Shown here one piece after another: positions 13,781 through 29,269 of a stretch of DNA of 64,000 bases (the stretch's first letter is position 1; every line of letters starts with the position of its first letter). The DNA comes from Octopus vulgaris. Taxonomy: Eukaryota. The stretch is taken from the NCBI GenBank assembly GCA_951406725.2, contig OX597836.1:1736001-1800000 (forward strand), in the 5' to 3' direction. The translations under genes and the position numbers were made by a program. The notes under the pieces are model-generated. The model saw only the letters and a list, made by a program, of their open reading frames with translations. It ran no database searches and was not told the DNA's origin.

Positions 13781-15416
13781 TGAGAAGCGGAAAACCTTTA
13801 ACGGTTTAAGTGTAGCAGAGGGTATATTAACCTAGTTCCTTCCCAGCTAAAGGCTATAACGTTTGCGTATGTGAGTGTTTGTTTGTTTGCGTATATGTGT
13901 GATTGTTTTGCGGGATATAAATATATAAATATATAAATATATCTATAAATCCTTTTGATGGAGTCGTTCTTTTTATCTCTGTTTCTTTTTGGTTTGGTAT
14001 GTTAGTCAAGTGAAATGCTGCGTGAATACCCAAATGGTCAATATATATATATTTTTGTGGATTCTCTGTGCGTGTGTCTTTGTGCCTATGTACTTTTATA
14101 AACCCAAACATACACATGCAAGTACACTCAGACACACACGCGGGCAAACAAACGTATACATAGATTTATGTATAGCTATATAGAAAGACAAACAAACACA
14201 GACACACGCATGAATACGGTGAGTGAGATAAAGATCTGAGTCACTACACGCTACAATTCTATTTCATCTGTTATAAGTTGTCTGTTTTTTCAATCGTTTC
14301 TGGTCGTCATGCTTCGTTTAAACTTTCCTTAAATCTTTTCGCTTCTGAACTCATCTATCGATAGAGAAGACGTCACTCTGACATATATTCAGTTCGTTCT
14401 GCTTCTTTTTCTTTTTTTTTTTCTGCAGAGCATTTATATATCCGATATAATTCGCAGCTGCACATGGAGACGAAGTGTTATATGCAGATACAGAAGCATT
14501 CGTCCAAACATTCGTATACATATACATATACATACACATAGGATCCGACACACGCACATGTATACAAAAGTATAGGTATTGTCTCCCTCTCTCCCGCTCT
14601 CTCCATCTCTCCCCTCTCCCCTCTCTCTATATATATGCATGCATATTGTATACACACACACATATAAATAAAGAAGAAAATGTAGGGATTAGCAACTTTG
14701 ATCAATATATAAAATATATTACATACAAGAAATACAAAAATAAATAGGTTTACATACAAACACTTATACAGAATACAAATCATACCGAGAATCAAAGAGG
14801 TTAAATAAAAGTATTACAAATCCAACAGCTGTTTCTGTCGGTGCTCGGCAGTCCAATATGATATTTGTAGATGCGCGTTTGCGTGTATAAATGTGTGTGT
14901 GGTATGTATGCATATATATATAAGACGCATTCTTGTCTGTCTCCTACCAGACCATGTTCCGCCGCGTTCACCAAGTCAACTCGTTCAGGCTTAGCAGGCC
15001 TTACTGTTTTGTTTTCACCGTCCTGCTTTTGTTACCAAAATTTGGCCCTCCGCAAAATCCCTAACTTTATTTAATTTGGTTTGCGGGAGCAACTGTTTCG
15101 TCGAAAAAGTATCTTGCCGTGAATTGCTCGAAATACGGAGTAGAGAAAGAGCCGACAACTAATGAAGAGTCTTTTTTTTATATTGCTTGTCTTGTGTTCC
15201 ATTTCCATTCCTATTCCATGTTTTCGTATTTCGTTCTTCATGTTGTTTACGTTCTGTGGTGTCCTGTGCCCATATATGCATGTCTATACTCATATATATG
15301 TATGTACATATATGTATGCATGTACGTTTATATAATATTTATATTATATATATATATTTATAAATGTATGTATGTATATATATGTGTGTGTGCATTGTAT
15401 GTATATATATATGTAT

Positions 15417-15680
15417 AATATTCATAACTTAAAATTGAATAGAAGGTCTGAAAACCACCTGATGAATGTCCTTAGAAGTGACAAGAAACAATTGTAGTGG
15501 ATAACTTAATCTAATTTATATAAAATTTTTTATGTATTGGATTAAGTCTTGTTTGATTTGCATAATAGTGGTTTTGTCTCTAATTAATATTATATAATAT
15601 TTTACTATAAAATTGGATTCAATCCTAAATCTGATTTTTCCCTGTAAATTTGGATTTATTCCCTAATATTTATTATTATA
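15417..15680 (+). mobile_element. Hammerhead-bearing Penelope-like pLTR or retrozyme-like element between AT-rich arrays
   Basis: Contains the hammerhead motif; downstream part shared with 11985-12140; both copies end ggatttattccctaatatttattat followed by (AT)n. Confidence 0.7.
15455..15500 (+). ncRNA. Minimal type I hammerhead ribozyme motif
   Basis: CCAC-CTGATGA-A-TGTC(cttagaagt)GACA-A-GAAA-CAATTG-TA-GTGG: conserved core, stems I and II, palindromic stem III, GUA triplet; A.A mismatch at the base of stem II. Confidence 0.75.
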
Positions 15681-15682
15681 TA

Positions 15683-15766
<84 letters not shown>

Positions 15767-18283
15767 TATATATTCACATATATATACATATATATATATA
15801 TACACAAACATATATATATATACATACATTCATTTATATATGTATATATATATACATATCACACATGCATACACAAACACACATATACATATATACATAG
15901 ATATATATTTATATACACAGGTGCCTACATATATTCACTTGACATGTGCCAGTCGTTACTCACGTGTTGATATACAGAAACCACTGTTTTTGATTTAAGT
16001 GAATTACATCGAGTTTTAATGTAAAACCTTTTGTAGGTAATTATATCAGCATATTTTTCGTAATTCTATTGTAGAACGCTATCTGATTTTGAACTTTTCC
16101 AAGTCTCCATAATCTGCGAGTCTTATGAGAATCTGTTTTCATATAATTTAATTTTGTCTCTTTGTCTTTTCCTGCATATATTTTCTAGTCATTCTAAATT
16201 GATATACATCATACAAAACCAAAGCATTTCTTGTTAGCGTGTATGTTATTCAACAAAAGATCTTGGATAGAGAGTATTTCTTGTTCGCTTTTCGGTACGC
16301 TGACGGAAAATGGATTTCCAGTCCTTACATTTGAAAATGCTGTATAGAATACTGGCGTTAGAAAATCACGGTCTACATTCGAACACCAAAGCATTCAGTC
16401 TCAGACTTGTTGAGACTCCCAAAAATGATAGCATCTTTCGAAACTGAAGGTGCTTCTCATGGAATGGTATATTTCAAGTGGAAGAAGTTTCCTTTGAAGA
16501 GTCCGATCAACCAATCAGTAGGTGTTCAATTTATGAAGTTAAATGAAACCGAAATTGATCTAAACAAGGAAATCAAAACTGAATAAATTTCCCAAATATT
16601 GCATCGGGTTCACTTACATTCAGGTGTGTATTATCCGAGACTGCAAGAGAAAGGAGAAATCGTAGCTACAAGCGTTTTGAAGCGGACCTGTTGTATTCAC
16701 GTTTGTGAGTCTGTTTTAAGATTTATTGACCTTGGTGTCAAAACCTTTATGCCTGACATTGAATTTTCTTAGGGAATAATACAATGGTAAATTCTTCTTG
16801 CTACCTTTTGGTGAGAGATGTTTTTATTTTAACAAGACACGCTTTGTCAGCAAAGGGGAAAGTGAGAAGGAGAGAGCTAACGAAAGAGAGTAGGGTGCAG
16901 CTTTGTCTGCTACATATGGCTTGGCATTTCTGTTGCATGGCCATCTGAAATTATCTGACCAAGTGTGCGTTTAATTGGATTACATGAAGAGAAAAATGTG
17001 TTTGATTGGTGCTTTGGAAGCCAGTTAGCAAGTGATGAAGAGAAGTGGAAATTGATTGGAGGCTGCGTGAGAAGTGATGAGTGAAGATATAAAGGGCTTG
17101 ATCAAAGAAGCCGTAATTAGAGCGGAAAGAAGGGTCCAATGCCTCACACCCGATCGGAAGAAGGGGTAGCCTAATTCAAAGATAGAAAGAAGACTCAGTG
17201 AGAGGAAAGAAAGAGAGTGGAGAAGAAGGCGCAGAACTGGGATGCAATTTATAGATGTGTAATGAAAAGCCACCAAGAATGGTTTGATTAACTCTGAATG
17301 TGATGATGGGAGTGTTAGGGAGAAATGGCTTGAAATGGAGGGGAAGATGAAGAAAGAGGTTAAAAGTGAAGGAGAGAGTGAGGGAATGAAGGAGGACGAG
17401 AAGGAAAATTGGAAGATAGAGAGAGATGAGAAATAAACGGTCGAAAACAATCTAAAAAAAAATTGAAAGAATAATGCCCGGTCACATAAAACAAAGCAAT
17501 ATTAACAGCTTCAGTGATAGGAATATAAACATAGAATCCAGAGCCGTGTTGCTCGGTCTTTTGACAAAGAGTTCTAAGAGAAAATGTCATAAGCAACCGA
17601 TTAGCTGGATGTATATATATGCTGATAGGAGTTTAAAAAAAGTTTGCGAGTTAGAAGCGGTGAATGGGTAGAAAAAAATAAATACAAGTTAAATCGCTTA
17701 TTCAAACGTGGGAGTGTCAAACTGTGGGAATGAAAATCAGAGTATTATTTGTAAATTCGCGAGTCAGATTTAAAGAGAAAATTGGATATCAGGTGAGAAA
17801 TATGACGTCGCTAAATGACAAAGGTAGGCTTTTGCTTGAGTCGCAATTAATTATTAATTAAATATGTGTTATTCGCTTTTTATTTCGGCGTCAAGTGGTT
17901 TACTTAATATCCCTTGGAAACAAACTTTATCCAGTTAACGATTGAATCGTATGGAATCGATTGCTTCAATTTGATTCAGGATATTAAAGAGAGCAGAATC
18001 AGCTGAACTAAAGTAAGTTGCAATGAGACTATGTACAGGGTGTGTCAGGGTGGGGCCCCGCTGTGCATGAATTGTGCTCATGATGTGAAGGCCGCCTTCG
18101 TGGGGTGAGTTCCACGTTCTCTATATTGCGCTAATCATGTAGTATTGGGGTGACCGTGCAAAAGAAGGAAGGAAAACAGTCTGATAGCACCGAGCTTCCT
18201 ACACCGGAAATTTCTGATCATCCAACAGCTTGTGACCCACAATAAATATAATGAACTTTTTCATATCAGAGCTAGTTTATATA

Positions 18284-18353
<70 letters not shown>

Positions 18354-18510
18354 ATATATATATATATATCCATCCATCCATCTATCTATCCATCCGTCCA
18401 TCCATCTATCTATATACCTATGTATGTATGTATGTATGTATGTATGTATGTATGTATGTATGTATGTATGTATGTATGTATGTATGTATGTATGTATGTA
18501 TGTATGTATG
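18284..18510. repeat. Compound (TCTA)n/(TCCA)n/(TATG)n microsatellite
   Basis: Direct reading. Confidence 0.95.
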
Positions 18511-19196
18511 ACTCTATCTATCTATGTATCTATGTGTGAGAGAGTGTGTGTATACATCTGCATGCGTATTGTATATTGTATATGTATAGATATGTATGTG
18601 TATATATATGTGTGTGTGTAGATACAGATAGACATATACGCAGGGATGTGTGTGCGTGCATGTGTGTATGTGTGTATGTAAACTCATACCTATGCAACCG
18701 CGTAAGCATTTAATGCGTGCGTGTTAAAAAAGGACATTGATGTATGGATTTATTATGAGACAAAATAAATTATAGACATGACAATAGGTGAATATAGAAA
18801 TGTGTAACGGCACCCATTCATATTGGGCTGCTGTAGGTGTGTAGAGGCTTATAGTCAGGTATGAATGTAAATGCGTTCACATAAACATACTCTGGTGGGT
18901 GTATAAATAATCACGCACACACATGTATATGAGTATTAATGTAAGTTTGAATATATGCGTATATATGCATATGTATGGACAGAGACATATATGTATGCAT
19001 AAAGCATTACACATGCACATATCAACACACATACACTCGCAAACACACACATGCACACACACACACAGGTACGCCCACACGCATATACGTATGTATATAA
19101 TCTGTATTATGTATATTCATTTATATATCAGTTATATGCGTGGAGAATGTTTATAATGAATATACGCATATGAATATTATATTATACTCAGACATC

Positions 19197-19265
<69 letters not shown>

Positions 19266-20025
19266 ATATGTATGTATATATACATCTATATATATATACA
19301 TATACATAAATATATATATATATGTATATATGTATATATATATGTATGTATAAATATATATCCGTATATATTCACAGGCATGCATACACTCACAGAGGCT
19401 TATATATGTATATATATACATGGTTATTCATGTGTGCATATACATGCATAAATGCATGCATACAGTCATATGAATACGTATTTTATCTATGTATATTTAG
19501 CATAGGAAGCAAAGGTTAGAAAATTTGGCTGGCAGCCATTGTAAGTGTCTTTGAAATATAATCTAATACTTTGATAAATGATCCGTTGGATCGACAACAA
19601 AGGAATCCATAGCCTCGATTTGAGGTAATGCGCAAGTTCAAAGACGCCATTTTCCCTTCATTTGACAACATCATTGCATTTCGTTACGATATCTATGTTT
19701 CATGATAAATGCCGAATTGTCGTCGCTGCAGGTCTTCGTGGCACATATTTGACCTGAGATGGCACATCGTACCTCCACACAGTAGAGAAAAGAAGAACAC
19801 AGCCGTACACATGTGAACACATGGACGCGCACACAAACACACACATATACATCTCAAACCATCTTGCTAACACACTTGCACACACACACACATGCACTCA
19901 CAGACATTTATATACAGCTTTATACATACATATATAAATGAAGGTATATGTATGTATATGTACGTGTGTATATATATGTATATGTATATATATATAATAT
20001 GTATATATGTACATATATATATATG

Positions 20026-20061
<36 letters not shown>

Positions 20062-20666
20062 CATATATATATTTTTAAATATATACATATAGACACACGC
20101 ACATAGATACGCACACACTCACAGATATACACAAACACACAAACATATATACATGAATATAGATTTACATAATATATCTTTCAACATAATAAAATAATGG
20201 CAGGATGCATCTATGAAGCTTACTGCGATTGCCGTATGATTCTCTGAACCCATATCTTATGCTTTCCATTTACATATATATCTATATCAATCTATCTATA
20301 CGTACACACACACACACAAAAAATACACACACACACACACAAAAATACACACACACACACACACACATATATATATGTGCCTTGTATATATACAAACATA
20401 TATATGTTTATGTATGTATATATATATACGCAGGCATATGTATCATAATGGAATAAAATACCTGTTCTCTTAAATTCCTTCATATGCTCACACACCTTCA
20501 TACCTACATACACAGATCGAATGTTACACACCCCAACATCCTATTTCTCTGCCACATTTTGTCTATCTTCCCTCTTCCTCTTTTGCTATTTCTCTCTCTT
20601 TCTCTCTGCATATCTATTCATCAATTTGTGTGTGTGTATATACCAACATTCATACTTACATAAATG

Positions 20667-20765
<99 letters not shown>

Positions 20766-20819
20766 TTATATACATATTTTTTTCTAGTTTTAGCTCAGAG
20801 CTGCGGCCATGCTGATGCA

Positions 20820-20875
<56 letters not shown>

Positions 20876-21475
20876 TACCTTCTCTATCCATATATGTTTT
20901 GAGCAGCAATTTCAAAATGGAAACCTAATTAATATTCCTGACACTGCCACGACGACCACCAGCATGACCACGACTACGATGACGACGACGACGACGACCA
21001 CCACCACCACCAGCACCACCACCATGCTTACTATCAACAACCTACCCTTTGTACTCAACATCATCATTAAAGCTATATCATGCACGGACACCACTGGCAC
21101 CAGCTGCAGCAGCAGCAGCAGCAGTAACAACAGCATGAACCGCAACAACAATGAGAACAACTGCAGCAGCAACAACAACGACAACAAGAACAACTGATAG
21201 AAACTCTCATCCCCGAATATAAGAGAATGATGCCTGTCAACAGAGCTACTCTGAAAGTGCGGACCTGATCCGAGAGCGAACCACACAACGGCATCAACGC
21301 CAGCAACAACAACAACAACGGATTTCAAAATCCATTTCACAGTAAATCTGTTGACACAATGGAACGTCACGTCAATGGAAAAGGCCTAAAATTGGAATGG
21401 CCGCCATTCTGGCTTTAATCCAGCATCACTTGGAAGTCTCTTATTCTATTCACTCGTTCCCGACTCTTCCGTCCT

Positions 21476-21538
21476 TCCTTTCTTTCTGTCTTTCTTTCTT
21501 TCTTTCTTTCACTCTTTCTTTCTTTCTTTCTTTCTTTC

Positions 21539-21569
<31 letters not shown>

Positions 21570-21573
21570 TCAC

Positions 21574-21605
<32 letters not shown>

Positions 21606-21632
21606 TCATTCTTTCTTTCTTTCTTTCTTTCT
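21476..21632. repeat. (TTTC)n polypyrimidine tract
   Basis: Direct reading. Confidence 0.95.
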
Positions 21633-22106
21633 CCATTCCACACATTTATTTCTCACCTTATTTTCTTCAACATCGATCACGTCTCTTTTAAACTCCTTCT
21701 CTCTCCCCCCTCTCTCTCTCCCTCTCTCTCTCTCGCTCTTTTATCAAGTAACACCTCCTTTGGATGTTCTGCCAACTCATCTCATTCCGATAACATTTCA
21801 CTTCTTTCAATTGAGGAAGCAAAGACAAGCGCGACAGTGAGGCTTAACAGTCAGCGATAGAAATACACATCGTGATCGTATTATTTGACATTTGTATATA
21901 GGGAAATTATTTTTCCTTTCCATTTAATCTTTAATCTCTTTCTGTTGATACTCAAGAATAGATAGAAAGAGCGAAAGAAAGATAAATAGATAGATAGATA
22001 GATAGAATGCAAGATAGATAGACAGATATATAGATAAAATGAAAGATAGATAGATAAACAGACATATAGATACATAAATATATACATAGTTAGCTAACTA
22101 GATAGG

Positions 22107-22162
<56 letters not shown>

Positions 22163-23185
22163 CAGGTAACTAGCTAGATAGATAGCTAGATAGATAGATA
22201 GATTGATAGATAGGTCGCTAGCTAGCTAGCTAGATAGATACATACATGCATTCATGCATGTATACATACATTCATACATAAATACATAAATACATACATA
22301 CATACATACATATATACATACGTACAGTACATACATACATACATACATACATACATGCATACATACATACATACATACATACATACATACATACATACAT
22401 AGAGTTGCGTAGATATAGTTTGACAAGTTCTTTTGTGTAAAAGTGAAGAAAAGATTACTCACTACACGAAGTATATTTTGTACTTCATTATTACCAGCTG
22501 AAGCTTTTTGATTCGTTACTTTGAGTTTCACGTTGCGCATTATTCGAAAGACTGGAGTAGGGAAAGTGAGTGAGTGAGTGTTTATAAAATATTTTTAGTC
22601 ACTTAAAAATATGATTGATTGCAAAGAGAAACTCGCTATATAGGTAGCATATTAATCTATTTAAGTGTCATACAGAGAACGCGTGATATCGTAATATGTC
22701 AATATAATAGATATGTTGAACATTCCCACATATTCCATATTGAAAGTGTGAAACATACCAAAACGCAAGGAAACCGGATAATGTCAATAAAGATTTAGAG
22801 TCGATAAATAATTGAATGATTATTTTTTTTTATTGTCGTGCCACAATTTCCCGCAGCACGAAATGTCCATTAGAGGTGCAGACGCTGGTGGAAACCGATT
22901 GGTAGTTGGAGATCTTCCAAAGAATATTATCGGAAATGCTTGTAAGAATCTAGCTCTATGGTTAGTTACATTATGAACTTAGCCCCTCATTTCAGCAATG
23001 AAAACATGCAAGTTTACATATGACAACCTACGTAGAGGACATACAAACATACCAAAACTACTGTTTCTCCACAGAGTGAAGAAATGATGTTTCCGAACGA
23101 ACCTCAGCGGACTTTCACTTAACCAGTCTCACATAAAAAAGTACCTAATAGACACACACACACACACACACACATACACACACAC

Positions 23186-23216
<31 letters not shown>

Positions 23217-23248
23217 AATATATATATATATATGTATGTATATATGTA

Positions 23249-24208
<960 letters not shown>

Positions 24209-24489
24209 ATATACGTGCATGTATTCTTCTTCAGCATTCTCTATATGACCTCCGAGAGCCCGTATCCCCCTCTCTTATATTTAGTAGATTACTAGAAAAA
24301 TAACCATCCATGACTAGCCTTTACATGAATAATGGAGTGATTTACTGCGGCAGTCTCCAGACAGGATTTGAACTCTGAAATCACAAGGCCGGAAGAGATG
24401 TTGTAACTTATCTCTGGTAACGCACTAAGGTGTCTGGCGAAACATTATCCACAGAGCGACTTAAAATAAAGGTTTTTGCTGAAAAACTC

Positions 24490-24562
24490 TCGAACCAGGA
24501 ATCGAACTCATGATCGACTCATCGGGAGAGAAACACCGTAACCACTATGCCACGAGACTTCA
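24490..24562 (-). mobile_element. tRNA-derived SINE head (family C-like)
   Basis: Minus-strand A-box TGGCATAGTGG and B-box GAGTTCGATTCC; no intact cloverleaf. Confidence 0.65.
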
Positions 24563-24879
24563 CTGCATACGTCGTTCTTATAATTAGACTCTTATACACA
24601 AACACATAAACATACACGCATGCTTATTACACATCCGTGACAAAGGACTACATAATTATAAATATATAATATATGCAAAAGTATGGAATTAAACTTTTAA
24701 AAACGTACGTATATACACATATTCGTACTGATAACATGCATATATGTACACATACCCATACATTTATACACACATATACATAAATATATATGCACATACA
24801 TATTTGTGCATATATTTGTTTGTGTATGTTTGTGTATATATATATATATATATATAAGCATTAATATCCCAATATGAAA

Positions 24880-24910
<31 letters not shown>

Positions 24911-25142
24911 AATATATATACATACATATATATATACATACATACACACACATATATATATATACAAAAACATAGCATCAATCAGAAAACCATTAGCAAC
25001 ATTGCAATAATGTCATAGAGTTTAATTGCAGTCCATTTCGAAACATCGGAGAATAAGGAAAGAATTGGATAAAAAACCGATCGAAAATATCTATAAGAAA
25101 CCCCAAAATCAAACCTCGCCTTAACCAAATATATATATATAC

Positions 25143-25179
<37 letters not shown>

Positions 25180-25225
25180 AGTGTCTGGGTGTTTGTGTGT
25201 GTGTGTGTATCTGTGTGCGTTTGTG

Positions 25226-25295
<70 letters not shown>

Positions 25296-25582
25296 TATGT
25301 ATTTAAGTATGTATTCGTGCATATATGTGTTTACAGAAATGGAGGAATAAAGGGGAGAATGTAAGGGACGCAGAGAGGAAAGTAGCGAGGAAAGAATTTA
25401 GAAAGATTCAAAGTCTGAGAGGAGTCAAATAAATACAAAGGAAGCAATAAAACTACAAAGAGAAAAACAAAAATAAATGAAGAAACGAGAATCATTGAAG
25501 GGAGAAAAGAAAGTCGCTTATTTAAAAACCGACTCAAGTAATTATATATATATACATACATACACACACATATACAAATATA

Positions 25583-25640
<58 letters not shown>

Positions 25641-26287
25641 CACACGCATATATATATATGTACATATATATGTATGTATATTTTTTTGTGTGTGTTTCTC
25701 TCGCTGTATTATGTTATCAGTGTGAGCGTCTTCAATAAGAAACTACTACAACAAGAAAAACAACGGCAGTCGATCCAACAAGAACAACAATTACACCAGC
25801 CACAACAACAAAGGCAAGGAAACAAAGTCCTCAGAAATGAATTGTAACAACAATAACGATGAAGACAACAAATGGAGAAGAAGAAGAACGGGAGAAAGAA
25901 GAACAATAACCGCCTCGAGTACAAAGAGATCGAATACAACAACAGAAACACGAATTGCCAACATAAAGACAGCCATAATAAGGATGGAAGTAAAAACAAC
26001 AAAAACAACAGCAGTCGCATCAGCGATAACAATAACAATAATTACAACTTTGCGAGCAACAACCAGAATAAAATTCAAAATAACGAGGATAAAACACCGC
26101 CATCAAATGCGAACAACAACAAGTAGAAAAAAGTGCAACTTGTGGAATTTTGGTTGCAAGGAACAACGAAAAGAACTTCGTCCATAATGGCAGTGACATA
26201 ATGCCATTAATAACGACCAGTAGCAGAAACGGCAACAACAACCGCAATAATAACGCCAAGAACAACACAAACAACATCATAATATAT

Positions 26288-26304
26288 TGCTGCTGCTACT
26301 ACTA

Positions 26305-26342
<38 letters not shown>

Positions 26343-26428
26343 ACTACTACTACTACTACTACTACTACAACTGTTGCTACAGCTACTACTGCTACTACTA
26401 CCACCACCACCAACACGACCACCTTCGT

Positions 26429-26520
<92 letters not shown>
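26288..26520. repeat. (TAC/TGC/CAC)n compound triplet array
   Basis: Direct reading. Confidence 0.95.
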
Positions 26521-26521
<1 letters not shown>

Positions 26522-26675
26522 AGTAAGAAGAGTAACAACAACTGCAAGATGAAAGACAGCAGCAGCAGTAGCACCAGATGGAGCCACATCAGCAAGAACG
26601 ACAATAACAACTCTTAGAAACCTCTCTGTCTCTCTTTCTTTCTCTCTCTTTGTTCTCCCCCTCTCTCTCTGTCTA

Positions 26676-26712
<37 letters not shown>

Positions 26713-26739
26713 GGGCATATATACGCATATCTATACATA

Positions 26740-26956
26740 GAAGGAGGTGTTGAAAAGTTCCTGGGTTTGTGTAAAAGAAAATACAAGGGGATCCCTTAAT
26801 TCTGGTTGTATTTATCCCATTCCTGCCTCAGATTCTCCCCCTTATTGGAGTGGTCCTTCAGATTTTCTAAGCCCTGAAAATAAACTCGGAAGCATCGATC
26901 TCCAGCTAGACCTTTCACGACACCCTTCAGGCCAGGAACTTTACATGACAGCGTCG
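26740..26956. mobile_element. Mariner-type MITE relic
   Basis: TA flanks; degenerate terminal inverted repeats sharing AAAGTTCCTGG; a related end occurs at 40514-40541. Confidence 0.6.
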
Positions 26957-26992
26957 TATATATGTACATATACACATCTAAATGCATACACA

Positions 26993-27044
<52 letters not shown>

Positions 27045-27326
27045 CGTACACACTCACATACACACACATATTTAAGCTTCTCAGTTCATCGATTTTGTAA
27101 CTTAGATTGTGTATAACTATAAGAATATACGTACATAGACACGCACGTTTGTGTGTAAGTGTGTGTGTGTGTGAGTGTGTGTGAGTGTGTGTATCTGTGT
27201 TTGTGTGTATGCAAATTTATATACATGTATATAATTGGATCTAATCCTCATCTACTGCTTCGCAAAACTCAGAGTAACGCTGTGTGAAGATTCAACTACC
27301 AAGTATATATGTATATATATATATAT

Positions 27327-27451
<125 letters not shown>

Positions 27452-27632
27452 AATTAATAATAATAATTGGGTTTCATCTTTTTTATAAGCAATATAATGG
27501 TAATACTCTTTCGCGTCTTAATCATCATCATTATCATACCTTCCTTATTGATTCTATTTGCTTAACAACATCAACAACACCAACGCCATCATTTCTATAT
27601 TATGTACTGACTGTTGTTCATGCATTAAGAAG

Positions 27633-27640
27633 TCATCATG

Positions 27641-27680
<40 letters not shown>

Positions 27681-27895
27681 CCACCACCATCACCACTACC
27701 ACCACTACCACCACCACCATCACCACTACCACCACTACCACCACCACCATCACCACTACCACCACTACCACCACCACCATCATCATCACCATCATCATCA
27801 CCCCCCATCACCCCATCATCATCATCATATTATTATTGTTATTGCTACTGTTCTTACTTTTATCAATATTGCTATTTTTCATTTTATTATTATTA

Positions 27896-27956
<61 letters not shown>

Positions 27957-27965
27957 TATTATTAA

Positions 27966-28037
<72 letters not shown>

Positions 28038-28040
28038 TAC

Positions 28041-28074
<34 letters not shown>

Positions 28075-28115
28075 GTTGTTGTTGTTGTTGTTATTGTTAT
28101 CATTATTATTATTGT
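27633..28115. repeat. (CAT)n/(CAC)n/(TAT)n compound array with a 30-bp higher-order unit
   Basis: Direct reading. Confidence 0.95.
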
Positions 28116-29269
28116 CATGATATTTTAAAAGATAGCGAAAAAAACAAAAACAAAACAAACGTATAAAAACGAATCACTAAAATGCAAAACAATAGAAAAA
28201 GGAAAAAAAACAGTCTTTTTTTCTGTTGTGCTTCGTTTGTTGTTCGATTTTTCTCTCTCCCTTATAAAATGTCTGAAATTATGTTCTTTAAGATCACTTC
28301 CATTAAAAATGCACAAATATCCCAGATTTTATCCGTTCTTTTCTTTTTTTATTCTATATTTTTCTCGTTGTTCTTCTTCTCATTATTCTTGTTGATTTCT
28401 CTCTTGTTTATTCATATATTCTTGCTTCTTCTTCTTCTCATTCTTCCTCACCGCGGGTTTCTTAATGTATTTCATATTCATATCTATCGTTATTGCGAAT
28501 ATTGTTTGTTTATATTTCTTTTAAAATCTCTTCTGGTGTATCATGTATTTCACATTTGTATCTTCTCCACCGATAAATGAATGCTATTCCTTGACCCTTA
28601 ACGATAGAATTTCATACACAATACCAACAACTCAACGAGATACATTTTTTCTGCTTGAGTTTTGCTATGCTTTTCTTTCCGAATGACGTGACTGAGATTT
28701 ATTTTTTATGAAGAATTTACATTTATCATCGCAAATGCACTCGATGTTCCTAGTTCTGTGTTAGGAATCCATAAAAGACTAAAGAGCAAGAAGGGATTTA
28801 CCGTTCTGTGAGAAGTTCAGGGTGTTGACGAAAAAGTGAACTTGATGCTCCCTTCTGTAAGTCTTTCATATCACAGATTAATGATATCCTTCAGAAATCT
28901 TTACCCTGCAACTACCATTTTGACAGAAACTCTGCAAGAATGTAAGTGCCAACAGTAAATATCATCCGGAACGCGGACCTAGCAACAAATCCGTTGTATG
29001 CTCTCCACGTCCAATGTTCGGACAATACTGGCTCGTGGAATTATTTCAACAACTGCTGCAGCGTGTATAATGCATCCGTCGAGTAACAGAGCTTTTCATG
29101 AAGAGCGACTACCGCCCACCTGTAATTATGGAGGTAGACGCCGTTCTTGCCTTAGATGTTTATGGTAAGAAAGCTTGAGATAAAGTGCTAAAAGGAGACA
29201 CATTCTTGTGTATTTGAGTATAATATTTGAACGATTGCTGGTGTACTTGGAGATGCAAATGATCCTGAA

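Noticed and set aside
20940-21345. PolyQ/T/N-rich frames suggesting a transcription-factor exon
   Set aside because: Internal stops in the Q frame; typical cryptic triplet repeat
24490-24562. Possible tRNA gene
   Set aside because: A and B boxes present but no acceptor or anticodon stems; matches the SINE head
27554-27811. ORF resembling a synthetic (GGGGS)n linker followed by poly-D
   Set aside because: By-product of the GGT/GAT triplet array; no vector or tag context
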